The notes beneath the pieces were generated by a model. That model did no database searches and was not told the DNA's origin. It worked only from the letters and a program-made list of their open reading frames with translations. A program made the position numbers and the translations under genes. A stretch of 64,000 nucleotides of DNA from Neodothiora populina (taxonomy: Eukaryota): NCBI RefSeq assembly GCF_041146345.1, contig NW_027191404.1, forward strand, positions 682,001 through 746,000, read 5' to 3'. This document shows, piece by piece, positions 1-11,598 of this stretch (its first letter is position 1; each line of letters begins with the position of its first letter).

Positions 1-453
1 GTCACAATCTTCGGTCTATTGACCTGGATCTCGATCCTCGTTTCGCACATCTACTTTGTCCGCGCTCGCCATGCCCAGAACGTGCCCGACTCGGAACTCG
101 CGTACAAGGCGCCCTTCGGCATCTGGGGTTCCTACTTCGCTCTGTTCTTCTGCATCCTCATCTCGTTGACCAAGAACTTCAACGTCTTCACCCACAGCAA
201 GACATACGGCGACTTTGACTACAAGAACTTCATCACCGGCTACCTGGGCATTCCCCTGTACCTGATCTTGATCTTTGGCTACAAGTTTTCTCAAAAGTCT
301 CACGGCGTAAGGCCCGAGACGGCGGATATCTGGACCGGCAAGGACGTCATTGATCGCGACGAGGAGATGTGGAAGAGGAGAGATGCTGAGGCCGACGCTA
401 AGGGTGGAAAGGCCCATTGGTTCTACCGCAAGTTCCTCTCTTGGTTGTTCTAG
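1..453 (+). CDS. DIP5: Amino acid permease (YAT/APC family, Dip5-like), 3' end; gene starts before the window
   Basis: Frame is open from base 1 (VTIFGLLTWISILVSHI...LAYKAPFG...DYKNFITGYLGIPLY) to TAG at 451-453. These are typical last TM helices of fungal amino acid permeases. Confidence 0.8.
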   Translation, partial: VTIFGLLTWISILVSHIYFVRARHAQNVPDSELAYKAPFGIWGSYFALFFCILISLTKNFNVFTHSKTYGDFDYKNFITGYLGIPLYLILIFGYKFSQKSHGVRPETADIWTGKDVIDRDEEMWKRRDAEADAKGGKAHWFYRKFLSWLF

Positions 454-941
454 ATGTTTTTTTTCTTCTCTCTCTTTTACCTGCCTCTTGCTCTTCTTCT
501 GTAAGGCGCTGCCAAGCGAAGAAGAAAAGGCGGAGAGGACGCTGTATGTATATATCACACTATGAACGAGATTAGATGAGATGATACAACACGAACATGA
601 ATTTCTACACTACTACATGAACGTCCTTTTCTTGCTTCTGACTGAGAGGCTGCTGCAACGTCTGTTACCCTTCCATAGAAGCGTTAATTGAAGCTGGTTG
701 TGTCTGCGTATCTTAGGACGAAAGAAGAAGAAGAAAACACGAAACAAGAAGACGACCGTAAACCCTCAATCTCACCAACAAACCAGCAACACCCCTGGCC
801 CAACAGATCAGTAACAGCTTGTACAGCGAACCGAACCCCGCATCCTAGACCCGAGTCTAGTCTTGGGGTCCCCATCCTGCAGCCCAGAAAGTACTTACCT
901 ATCAAGCATAAACGATGATTCCTTCAACGATAGGCACAGCA

Positions 942-966
942 ATGGCATGGCATGGCACGGCATGGC
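942..966. repeat. (ATGGC)5 pentanucleotide microsatellite, one variant copy
   Basis: atggcatggcatggcacggcatggc. Confidence 0.8.
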
Positions 967-1236
967 TGATCTTACGTAATGTATCCAAGGCGCTGCACAA
1001 CACCATTTCCCCCCTGAGGGGAGAAGCGAGGCATATGACTCTTCGTATAGTTACCTGAAGCGGAGATTGAGGAGAAGGAGGAGAAGAGTACTTCTTGTGG
1101 ATCTCAGGTGATGTTGTGTTCTGTAAGAGGGGGAGGGCATCAGCTTTTTAAAGGCGTCGCAGCACGAACCGTCATCACTTAATTGCTCACTTAGTTGGTG
1201 TGGTGTGGGATTCACAGTCTTGGTGGGGAGCGTTAT

Positions 1237-1579
1237 TTAGTAGAGGGGAGTGTACTACTCGTAGAGGCGAGCATCACTCTTCGTAGAGAGGAGTATACGA
1301 CTTGTGAACATTCACATCAGTCTTCGTAAAGCGGAGTGTACTATTCGTGGAGAGCCGCATCAGTTTCCGTGTAGAGTCGCATCAGTCTTCCTAGAGCGGC
1401 ATACTGTTCGTTGAGGATTGCGTCGATCTTCGCAGAGGAGGATATACTATTCATCGAATGTAGCATGGATATTCGTGAGGGCAAACACGATCGCCCCAGG
1501 AGCGGAGCATGATTATCCCTTAAGAGTAGCATAATGAAGATGATGTGAACAGGGACTATTCGTAGAGGTGAGGATCACT
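1237..1579. repeat. Degenerate minisatellite with alternating 21/22-nt subunits (43-nt period)
   Basis: Units include ctcgtagaggcgagcatcact, cttcgtagagaggagtatacga, cttcgtaaagcggagtgtacta, ttcgtggagagccgcatcagt and cttcgcagaggaggatatacta. The copy at 1559 matches the copy at 1258 at 18/21 positions, 301 nt (7x43) away. Confidence 0.75.
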
Positions 1580-1700
1580 CACCTTAATCAAAGGAGGTGT
1601 CGACTTGGCAATTAGTGAAAGAGAGAGTAGGGGGACCCTGTCCAATACTCGCAGCCTCGCCTGATCATCCGTCCAACCAGACCTGCGCGGGATATATATG

Positions 1701-1920
1701 AACTTGCTGCCAATCAATGCCAGCGCAATTGGCTATGGCCAAATTCTACCATTAGATAGATATCAATGCCAGCATTCAAATGGCACCACTTTGGACAAGC
1801 TTATCACACAGCAGAGAAGATAACTTGATGCCAATCAACACCAACACCATTGGCAATGGCCAATCTCAGTTGCCAGATAGATATGAATGTCAGCATTTGA
1901 TTGGCACCAATTTCGAAGAG
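1701..1920. repeat. Diverged direct duplication (1701-1799 vs 1822-1920, period 121)
   Basis: Ungapped manual alignment gives 74/99 identities (aacttgctgccaatcaa... vs aacttgatgccaatcaa...). Confidence 0.85.
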
Positions 1921-2308
1921 ATTGGCCAAGTAGAAATTGAGCCACATACATCCCCGAGCAGATCCGCGCGCACACCTACAAAGCACCTCCTAGTAATAGT
2001 CCAACTGGTTTGGCTACACCCATAGTGGTTGGATTGTGGCCAAGGTCTCTCATATGCATGAGTGAATACCAAGCTCCTGATAATGATAGTTTGGCCATTG
2101 CCAAACTAGTGCTGCTCAATTGGCAGTGAAATAAGTGTCTCGGGTCTTCTCGTCGTTTAATTACAGCCGGAAGCTTGAGCGTCGCAGTAGCTGTAGACTG
2201 CAACATCGTGACACTGGGGCCGGAAGGAGATGGAGGAACTACAATACTGGGCGGTCCAGCTTGCACATCTAGAGCTTGGAAGAGTCCCAAAAGAAGGACG
2301 AGGATGAA

Positions 2309-2368
2309 GAGGACGGGGACAGAGAGGACGGGGACAGAGAGGACGGGGACAGAGAGGACGGGGACAGA
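2309..2368. repeat. 15-bp tandem repeat, 4 perfect copies (GAGGACGGGGACAGA)
   Basis: Four exact copies followed by a degenerate fifth. Confidence 0.95.
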
Positions 2369-2836
2369 GAGAGGGGGGACACAGACAGGAATGGAAAAGG
2401 ATTCAGAGGTTCAGATGACAACATGTTCTTTGTTTTGCTAGAAATACGTCCGATAAAAGACTCTAAAATAATCTATATGATATCTATCTATACTCTAATA
2501 ATTGCGCAATCATGATGCGCTCAAACGCCCCCAAAAAACCAAAATCTATAACAACTCTACTGGTATATAATCTATCCGTCTCCATCTAAATTTCCCATCT
2601 GGGTCATTAAAGATCGCAGACAACGAAACATGATGTATGTAGAATCAATATCATGCGTTGGTCGCGTTCTCGCATCTTCCTTCTTCCTCTCTATCCCGTG
2701 AAGAAACCGTAAAAGAGAAAACAAAAACGCCAAAGTTTCGCTATGATTTGCGCAGCAAGAAGCAAAAGCAAAAAGCAAAAGGATATGCAAGTCAAGACAT
2801 GGTTTGACTCGATCCAAAAACATGCTAGGTAGGCAC

Positions 2837-5800
2837 TCAGGAGCTCTTGACCTTGCGTCCGCGCACCCTCATGAACCAAGTCACGAAGAAGACCAAAGCC
2901 GTGTTGGTGACGCAGAAGACGATGCAGAGACCCCAATCTCTCCAGCGATCCGAGTACTTGAGGTCCATGGTGGCGGCGTAGTCGTCACCGGTGGTGTAGG
3001 CGCAGTAAGAGCAGTTCGAGGTGGCGTTCTCGTCGACCAGATAGCCGGCGGCGGACTGAAGGAAGTCGCTGGCGTATTGCGCACAGGTCTGGCCGGGTGG
3101 AGGGTCGAAGACTGCGAGGTCCTTCTGGGAGCAGTGCGCCTGTACGCCGTGCAGGGTGTCTTCGATGTGGCCACCCATGAACCATCTGAAAGGGTCGAGC
3201 CAGTATAGCCAGTACCTGTAGAAGTTGTTGAGGGATTTGTGCGGCACGAGGATTCCGGAAAAGATGACGAGGATGTTCCAGAAGAGAGAGTTGGCTAGAC
3301 CGGCTGTTTGCATGTTGGGGAAGACGGAGGCGATGAGCTGGTTCCATGTCGTACCAAAGTAGCTGAGCAAAAGCCAGATAAAGTAGCTGTATCCTGCTTG
3401 GGTCGTCGTGTTGGGGTAGCCGACTGTCCAGTACGAAACGAAGAAGATAAGGGTGTAGTTCACAATCTGCCAGGGAACCTCGACAGCGACGATGGCGGTG
3501 GCGAGGGCCTTGTAGTCGTAGATGCCGTTGCGCTCTCTAGCCTCGAAGATCGCCCATTTGCTGTACCACATGGCTTGTTGATCCGGAGCCAAGGCTTGGA
3601 TAACCTGCACAAGAATCATGAGACTGAGCACGTAGTTCTGAAGACCTTGTTCGTCGTTCTTGATGGAGAAGAAAGTAAATGCAACGATCATCTCGCACCA
3701 GATGCATTTGAAAGTCTTCGAGAAGTTGTAGCGGCCATCGCGCCAGACAGAGATCCAGTGACGCTTGGTGACTGCGATGATCTGTTGCCAGAGTGGAAGT
3801 GCATACTCTCTCTGCGTGAGCGTGTTGTTGTTGACCGGAGCGACTGCGTTCTCATTTAGATGTGCAACCTTTTGCTCAATGGCTGCACGTTCAGGAGATT
3901 CGAGCCAGTGATTGTGCCATTCTTCACCCTTTCCACCAGAGACAGCAGAGATGACAAACTCAGCAGGGTTCTCAGAGGAGTTCATGTGAGCACCATAGCG
4001 GTCGAAGTACTTGACAATTGATTCCGAGTTCTCTCCAGTCTCTCCGAAGTAGATGGTGCGACCGCCCTTGGCGAGCAGGAGAACGTGATCGAACATCTCG
4101 AAGAGGACACCGGAAGGTTGATGGATAGTACAGATGATAGGCAGACCTTGAGCGGCAATCTTGCGAAGAAAGTAGACGATAGAGTACGCAGCCTGGGAGT
4201 CGAGACCTGAGGTGGGCTCATCAAGGAAAAGCAGGGCAGAAGGCTTTGCGGCAAGCTCAACACCGATGGTCACACGCTTTCTCTCCTCAACGCCAAGACC
4301 TCCTTCGCCGGGAACACCAATCATGGCATCAGCTATCGGCTCGAGTTCGAGGAGGTGGATGATGTGTTCGACGTAGGCCATTTTCTCAGATTCAGGGGTT
4401 TCGGCAGGCTGTCTCATGTGGGCCGAGAACTGCAAAGCTTCTCTTACTGTAGTCAGGGGCTCGTGAACATCCTGTTGCATACAGAATCCACAAGAGCGAC
4501 CGAAAGTCATGTCCAGAGGTTGTCCATTGACCAGCATACGACCCTCGACACGTCCTTCGGACTTGCGCTGGGAGATAGTATCCAACAGGGTAGTCTTGCC
4601 AGCGCCAGAGGAACCCATGAGCGCAGTGAGTTGACCGGGTCGTGCGTAACCAGTAATGTTGTTGAGAAGCTGAATCTCTTGGCCAGCAACGTTGACGAAG
4701 TAGTTGACATTCTCGAAAGTAAAGAATGCTCCAGAACCAGAGTTGCCTTGCTTGTCGACTTCGGTAGAAGAACTGTTTACACTGCTTCGGACGTGCGAAA
4801 GGTCGTGGATGGTTCGGCTTGGCTGTTTCTCGAGATCCTTATCTTGCGAGGATGCAGCACTGTTGACAGCAGTCTCGAACCCACTGGTCTTTGCACCTCT
4901 CTTGAAGACGTGGCCGGCGGCACCACCTCGCTCCTTGGCATTGATTGTGATTGCGACCGTTGCGATGACTGTGTAGAGGAACCAGAAGACAATGATGATG
5001 CCAAAGTTGCGCCACAAGTGCGATCTTGAATATGCGTAGTTCTCTACCAAGTAGATCTCTCCTGGGAGGGTTCTAGATGCCTTTGGACTTCCAGGGATAG
5101 TGCAACCTTGATATCTAAGGTCTCCATATGTAGGTCCGTTTGGTACCATCTGAGATTCGGTGCATTCAAGAGTGATGGAGTAGAATTCGTTACCAAGAAG
5201 AGCCTCCAATGCATACGGGTTGGGGGTGACTCGTCTAAGCCAGCTACCCCACTTGTGGAAAGTGGTGGTTGGAGGTGCGAAACCGGAGTAAGTCAAACTC
5301 AGAGGAATGGAAGAACCGGCCATCAAGAGTGCCATGTTAAGATCCGGAGCGATCGCACCCAACATGCGGAAGAGAGCACTCATAGCGCCGTAGTTGACGA
5401 AAACGATGAGTTCGAAGATCCAGAATTGAGAAGCAGTCTTGCTCAAGCCAAGCATGAAGTAGTAGCAAGCGGAGAAAATCAGTGTCTGGATGATCTGGAG
5501 AGGGATGTCTCCAATCGTCTGTGCGATGAGGTAGGCCGCGGGGTGACTGATGCCGAGTTTACGCTGCTTGATGACAACAGTACGGGAGAACACAGTTGCA
5601 GGGGTTTCGGAGAGAGCGTTGAGGAAGAAGTAGACGAGCGAGAAGAAAATCGCACCACCTCGTTCGTAAGAACCAGTAGCGGTATCGGGAGCCTTGTAGA
5701 AACAAGAACCGGTGATGACAGCGTTAACAGCGTTGAGGAGAAGAAGTGTGAAGAGAGTCTTGCGGTCACCCCAAGTCAACTGGTAGTGGCGCTGCATTGC

Positions 5801-7088
5801 GATGATGATCTGAGACCAAAGTGAGTGAGGCTGCGGTGACGACTTTGAGACTGCTGACGACTTCACACGAGAAACCTCGTTGCGGAAGTCGGTGGCGTAG
5901 CTTGGGTTCGAACTATGCTCAGCCCGGTATGCTGCGATGTCGGCTTGCATATCGCGATAGAGGTGACTGGCGCGGAAAGCATCTGCGAACTCATCTGGTG
6001 TCTGAGGAACGAAGCCAACATGGTCAGGTCTTATAGTTCTCTCAGTGGCAGATGTGACCGATGTCAGGAAATCTGGTGTGGTTTGTCTGGGCTCGCAAAG
6101 GTAGCCGAGATCGATAAAGTACTGCCTCGCGTGCTCGGCTTTGCCAGAAAAGATCATCCGACCCTGGTATAGAACCAAGACTCTGTCGAAGCACTCCTGG
6201 TACATGGTTTCCGCAGCCTGGTAGATGGTGACGATGTTGGTCATACCAGTCTGGCGAGACATGTTCTTGAGCAGACGCAAGAAGTCGAGTGCTGAAGAGG
6301 AATCCAATCCTCTGGCAGGGTTGTCCCAACAAGCTACTGCAGGGTTCGAGGCGAGCACCTCGGCGAGAGAGACTCGCTTTCTCTCACCACCGGAAACACC
6401 ACGAACGAAAGCGTTTCCGACAATGGTCTTCGCAGTGTGAGAGATGCCGAATACGTTGAGCAGCTTGTCACGCATTCCCTGAGCGAACACTTTGGGCTTC
6501 TCATCGCTGCCCTTTGCTGGTTGACGTAGCTTGAGTGCATAGTCAATAGTCTGGCCAACCTGGAGTTTGGGAAAGTGAATGTCGTCTTCTGCGTTGTAGA
6601 CGATTTCGGATGAGAAATGCTTCCTCACTTCATCCGAAGTAATGGTAGAGTAGTCGACCTTTCCGTGCACGTCGACGAATGATTCCGTATCACTTGCAAT
6701 CGCGTGCAAAGTGGTCGAACATCCGGCACCAGGTGTTCCAAGAACAAGTAGGGTCTCGCCAGGAGGAACGACACCGGAGACATCCTGAATGAGGTTGCGA
6801 ACGGCCTTTCCCTTGTTGCCGGCGAATCTCCGTACAAGCTCTACAGGGGCGGACACTATGCCTTGTAGGATTGCACCAAAGTCGAGAACATGGTTCTCTC
6901 CAGCGGCTACACCGACGACTGTGACATCCTCAAAGCACACACCTAGTGAACGACCATTAGGTCGATACACTGGCAGGTCTTCGATATTGAAGGGGGTCTG
7001 TAAACATCGAGTCAGTATGGGGTAACGAGGAAGTCGAGCCTGACTAAGTTGACAGGCTTCTAGAACTACGGACCTGTTTCTCGGCCAT
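2837..7088 (-). CDS. Full-size PDR/ABCG-type ABC transporter (NBD-TMD)2; exons 7088-7074, 6997-2837
   Basis: NBD1 has GTPGAGCST, VSGGERKRVSLAE and CWDN. NBD2 has GSSGAGKTT, LGVEERKRVTIGVEL and LFLDEPTSGLD. PDR ectodomain cysteines are present. A MAEKQ exon joins in frame via the GTCCGT...CTGAC...CAG intron 6998-7073. Confidence 0.95.
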
Positions 7089-7446
7089 GATGTTGCCAAG
7101 GAGTTGACTCTCTTCTAATTTCCTGTGAAGAAACACTGCTGGTTGTGTCTGATGATGGTTGCAGCAGCAGGGAGCGGCTGCTCTCAGCTAAATATTCAGA
7201 CATCAATCGACACATTATCAATCTGCCGCCCCACTGCGAGCAAGCGCCGTTGCTGTGCTTCCGGTGCTTTTACTGTCATCCTGGTGGTTGAACGACAAAA
7301 TGCATTTGATAGAAAGTCGTCGATGCCCGTCAAGGGGAGAATAAAGCCATCCGATTGGCTCGAAGGTCCGTACCACCGGAAGCACGCAAAATCATTCGGA
7401 CCATCAGCCAATGAAAAGGTTCTCGTGGTCTATCAGGGACCATAGC

Positions 7447-7501
7447 TCCGCGACCGAAAGAAACATCCGACTATCTATTTCCGACGGACCGGCGATCCGT
7501 C
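7447..7501 (-). promoter_or_regulatory. Candidate Zn2Cys6-type CGG-triplet element cluster upstream of the ABC transporter
   Basis: tccg-cgaccgaaag-aaaca-tccg (7447-7469) plus the inverted repeat gacgga-N7-tccgtc (7483-7501), about 360-410 nt upstream of the ATG. Confidence 0.45.
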
Positions 7502-8168
7502 ACAGACAACGCCTTCCGCGTCTTTTCGAGAAAGCCATGATGAAATTGCCCTGCTTAGCGTACTGCCTTTTCTTAGCAATCTGTGAGACAGATCTCTATC
7601 TCATCTTCGGTTCTATACTGGTGCCGGAAGGGGAATATGGAAAGCTCCTATAGTGGGGCTCGAAAGCGGCGGCTAGGCGTGGAAATAAACTCGTGGGTCG
7701 ATTTTCAGTAAGCCTATCGTCACACTCTCGGTCGTTCAAGCATATATGACTGGACGCCTCTACGCTCGTCATCTGTGCCTCATTTCTTTTGTGACTCGAC
7801 AGAAGGCCCGGATGCGGATAGTCGTAAGATGTGGAAAGCATCGAAGGAAATTCTCTACAGTATGACAACACTGATGGGCTCGGATAAAGTCAAGCGTTGT
7901 ATACATGACCGAATCCTTCCTTAGATCGTTCGATATGTGGGCTCGGTGGGCTGTCTAACTCTAGGCGTCGCAATAAACTATGCACAGTGCATGAGCTTAC
8001 ACACTTGCACGGTACCACGTACGGTGAGGAAGGGAGCTACGCCCATAGGAGTGCACCAACAAAATACCTCAAAAAGGGTCTTCGCCATCTGTTTTAGCTA
8101 GAGTGATACAAGATAAGCTAAAAGCAAACAAACGCTTATGGGGCTCGTTGTGGGACGGCTCAGAACCA

Positions 8169-10023
8169 TCAGATATGCTCTTCTCGAGGACGCGCGTGTA
8201 TCAAGGTATGCTCAGACTCGAGCTTTTTGTCCAGCGAATGCAGACCAATGAAGAAGCTGAGCAGAAATGCTGCTCCACTGATGCCAGTGAACGTCGCAAA
8301 GAGCATTCGGAACGCCCAGCTGTAAGCACCCATTATGGCATCCTTCTCCGGTCCCGAAGCCATGGCCTTGAGCACAGAGAGATAGCCTTCCGAGTTATGC
8401 GCGATGGCCACCGGCAAGCCCAGATGTTGCAACCTCGATGATAGAAAGTTTTGGAAGATCGTCCCGCCAATGGAAACGCCGAAGCATAAGCCCAGACTTC
8501 GGCAGAAGGCATACATGGAGCTGGCATAGGCAATATCTTTGGTCTCTGCAATGGCCTGTGAGGCTGCGCTATGGGCAATCAATTGGAGCCCTTGACCAAT
8601 GCCCGTGACGACGAAGATGAACACCCAGGCCACGGTGCTAGGGTGTTGGTGCATGTAGACAAGGAGTCCCACGCCCAGCGTTCCTATCGCCCAGCCTGCC
8701 CATATTGCCCATTGATACTTTCCTGTCTTGCTTATGATGGTTCCAGTGATGCCACTGACGGGTACTACGGTCAACCCGAATGGCAATGCGCCAACACCAG
8801 CCAGTACATTGGACAAGCTCTTGATGGCGATGAGATATAGGACCAAGTAGTACACACAGCCGAAGATCTGTAAGGTCGGTCAGAGAACCATTGCTTGGTT
8901 AGGATTGCGTTATGACTCACCAGGAAGGCCATAATGACAGTGCAAATGTAGACCGCGATACCAGATACCGATTTGAACAGCCCCAGTCTAAGAAATGGCT
9001 TCTTGGCCCCGAAGACCTCCCACAAGATCGTACCTGCGAGTCCTGCAAGCCCAAGGATGAGCGGACATAGTGTGGCAGCAGACCCCCAAGGGTATTGCGT
9101 GCCTCCCCAGGTCATGCCCGCCAGGAACGAGGTCACGCTGATGATGTAAAGGCTCATGCCGGTCCAATCAATGGAAGAGAGTTGGCTCCGGAGCGTTGTC
9201 TCGGCTCTGTGATATCGCATGACGAACGGGGCCGAAGCAAGACCTAGTGCGCAGAACGGAAGGTTGATGAGGAAGAGCCACCTCCAGGTCGTGTTCACGA
9301 TCATGGCGCCACCAATCTAATTCAAGTCAGAAACATAGCTTCGGAATAAAGCAGATTGATCGACTCACTATGGGTGCAGTGTTCGACCCAAGAGCAAATA
9401 CAAGTTGCAGGTATCCCTGATACTGCGCTCTCTGGCGGAGAGGCACCATGTCCGACAGAACGATCATGTTCATGGTAAGGACACCTCCGCCGCCAATACC
9501 TTGAATTGACCGACCCGCCAGCATACCAGCAATGTTGATGCAGGCACAGCATACCACAGTTCCAACTGTGAACAGTATCACGACGAGCATATAGATTATT
9601 CGACGTCCAAAGACATCGGCTAGTGCTGCAAGAGGTGGCTGAAACACTGCCGACGTAAGCAGGAAAGAACTCGCTATCCAAAAGGCCTTGATTGCATCGA
9701 CTTTGAAGACTTCCGCTAGATTCTATGTGTCATAGTTCAGTAACAAGACCAAGGCGCGAGTCGATAATGCAGCGGAGACACACCGGAAGGGAACTCGTCA
9801 AGATAGTGGCATCCAGTCCAACCACGAAACACATGATACATTGGACGACAAGGATGAGCTTGACTTGTCGGCTTGGTTTCCATTGCTCTTCCTCGGTCTT
9901 CCCAGTCTTTCCCTCTGTGAATTGTTTTACATTCAGACTTGTTGGCTCACTACAAGTCCTTGGTGTGTCCACAACACCCACTGGCTTGTCCAGCGAGGCG
10001 GTAGAGTTATGACGAGACTCCAT
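8169..10023 (-). CDS. MFS drug:H+ antiporter (DHA2, 14-TM); exons 10023-9784, 9722-9369, 9316-8921, 8867-8169
   Basis: Motifs LDATIL, LADVFGRR (motif A), GRSIQGIGGGG and WRWLFLINLP. Three GT-AG introns (61, 52, 53 nt) restore a single frame. Confidence 0.92.
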
Positions 10024-11598
10024 TGTACAGTAAAGGACAATGGTGATGATGAGCGCTATCTGATTATGTTTATAGTGAAGGAAGTTCTTCCTGGATATGC
10101 GAGAAGTCGATGGTAGGATATATACATTGTCATCTGTGGCTGTAACATTGCAGGGGATGTCCGGTCTCACCGTTCACTTTTTTTTTAAGGTAGGGTAAGG
10201 TAAGGTAGGTACGACTCACTTCACCTCCCCATGAAGGAATGAACGTAAGCTAGGTACCGGTAGCCTCGCAAACCACACACCAAAACTTTGCAGAGTCAAG
10301 GAGGTATACTGGCACAGAACACAGCCGCCCTACCAAGCACAAAGGCTCATCGCCCTACTTTGACACACGAAAATAGAAGAATGTCTATCAGTTGTGGAGT
10401 AGTTGCAGTAAACATACTTCCACAAACGCCTCGTTGTTCCCCGATCTAGTAGCGCAGCCGTGAAGTCCTCACAAGGTGATCAGCTAGCATGCAGACATGC
10501 GCGCAGGGAGGTGAGCAGTGGGATCATGGTATGCACACGTCAAAGTCTAAAATTTCCACGAAACAGCGACAGAGCCTCGTTGTGATGGACTTGAGCATAT
10601 CCGCATTGCAGTGTAACGGGGGACGGCTAGATGCTGGGATTGGTGGCGTAGCTGACGGACGCTGGAGATGCCGTAGGATGGAGGACGGTCCGGTCGGGCA
10701 CGAGTGTTTTTTGCGAGTCGAGAGCCTTGATCAACGCTTTATTGAAGGCAATGCAAGGATGTAGAGAGATCCTTCGAATCCACATGATTCGCGCACGGCA
10801 GTGGCTGAGCAGAGTCATGGTCGTCGTCGTCTTGGATCTGCACTTCGGTTGCTTATTGCTGTATGCTTGATACCCGATGATAATGATTATTCTGCTTCTT
10901 GTCGCGTAAGGTATGCAGCCATCATGCATGCGGAGCTTGTCTTTCGCTAATATCGTGCATGAAAGAGCTTATCTCGAACCAGCATTGACTTTGTCACTGG
11001 CGGAGACGGCACACTTGTCTGACAGGAAATCACGCTGCAGCCTGAAGGTACATCAACATTGTTGTTTTGTCAAGGTATCATTGTCTGCAAGTATCGTTGC
11101 CGGTAAAGATAGGGTATTTGGTGCGGAATAGGCAGATGATTCAGCTGTGAGCGTGGCTTGCTGCATGCACGATTGGAACGTTTTCCAAGCTTCAAGCTAC
11201 TGGCTCTAAAATAGGATCTAAAATACTTACCCATGCTCGCCATGTGAGAGTACAGTAGTATACTCACTGCCAGCGTGTGATACGTGGTGAATGTATCTCT
11301 GGAGATTGCCAGACCGTTGAACAGACGGTCATGTACAGCAGATTTGATTCACAGATGGTGATTGGAGGGGGAACCGATATACGGAGATGAAGGGCTCGAG
11401 TCATGTCAGATCTTTCCTTGGGAGATACTTGATGCTATGACTCGAGGGGTACGTTGATGGCGTCTACTCCAGGTGTCTAGAACACCAACTAACACATGGG
11501 CGTGTTTTTGTCCATCACTATGATTATGCTACAGAGGACGATCGCAGGAATACGACCCCCCGATTTCGGTCAACGGCATGAGGGGCATGTTCTGTAGA

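Noticed and set aside
1237..1579. CRISPR-like array or heptad coiled-coil pseudogene
   Set aside because: The sequence is eukaryotic, with no identical repeats separated by unique spacers and no cas genes. The 43-nt period breaks any reading frame.
2175..2515. ORFs with RTGTE or EDGDR repeats
   Set aside because: They are short, depend on the 15-bp tandem repeat, use non-ATG starts and have no other coding support.
16..6440. Long antisense ORFs over the permease and ABC genes (and similarly over cysteine synthase, DLIC, CreB and RlmA)
   Set aside because: These are shadow ORFs from codon bias on the opposite strand, with no recognisable domains.
10945..11270. Possible small spliced minus-strand gene (GTAAGT/GTGAGT donors near 11230 and 11267)
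   Set aside because: The best model gives only about 35 unremarkable residues, which cannot be supported without transcript data.
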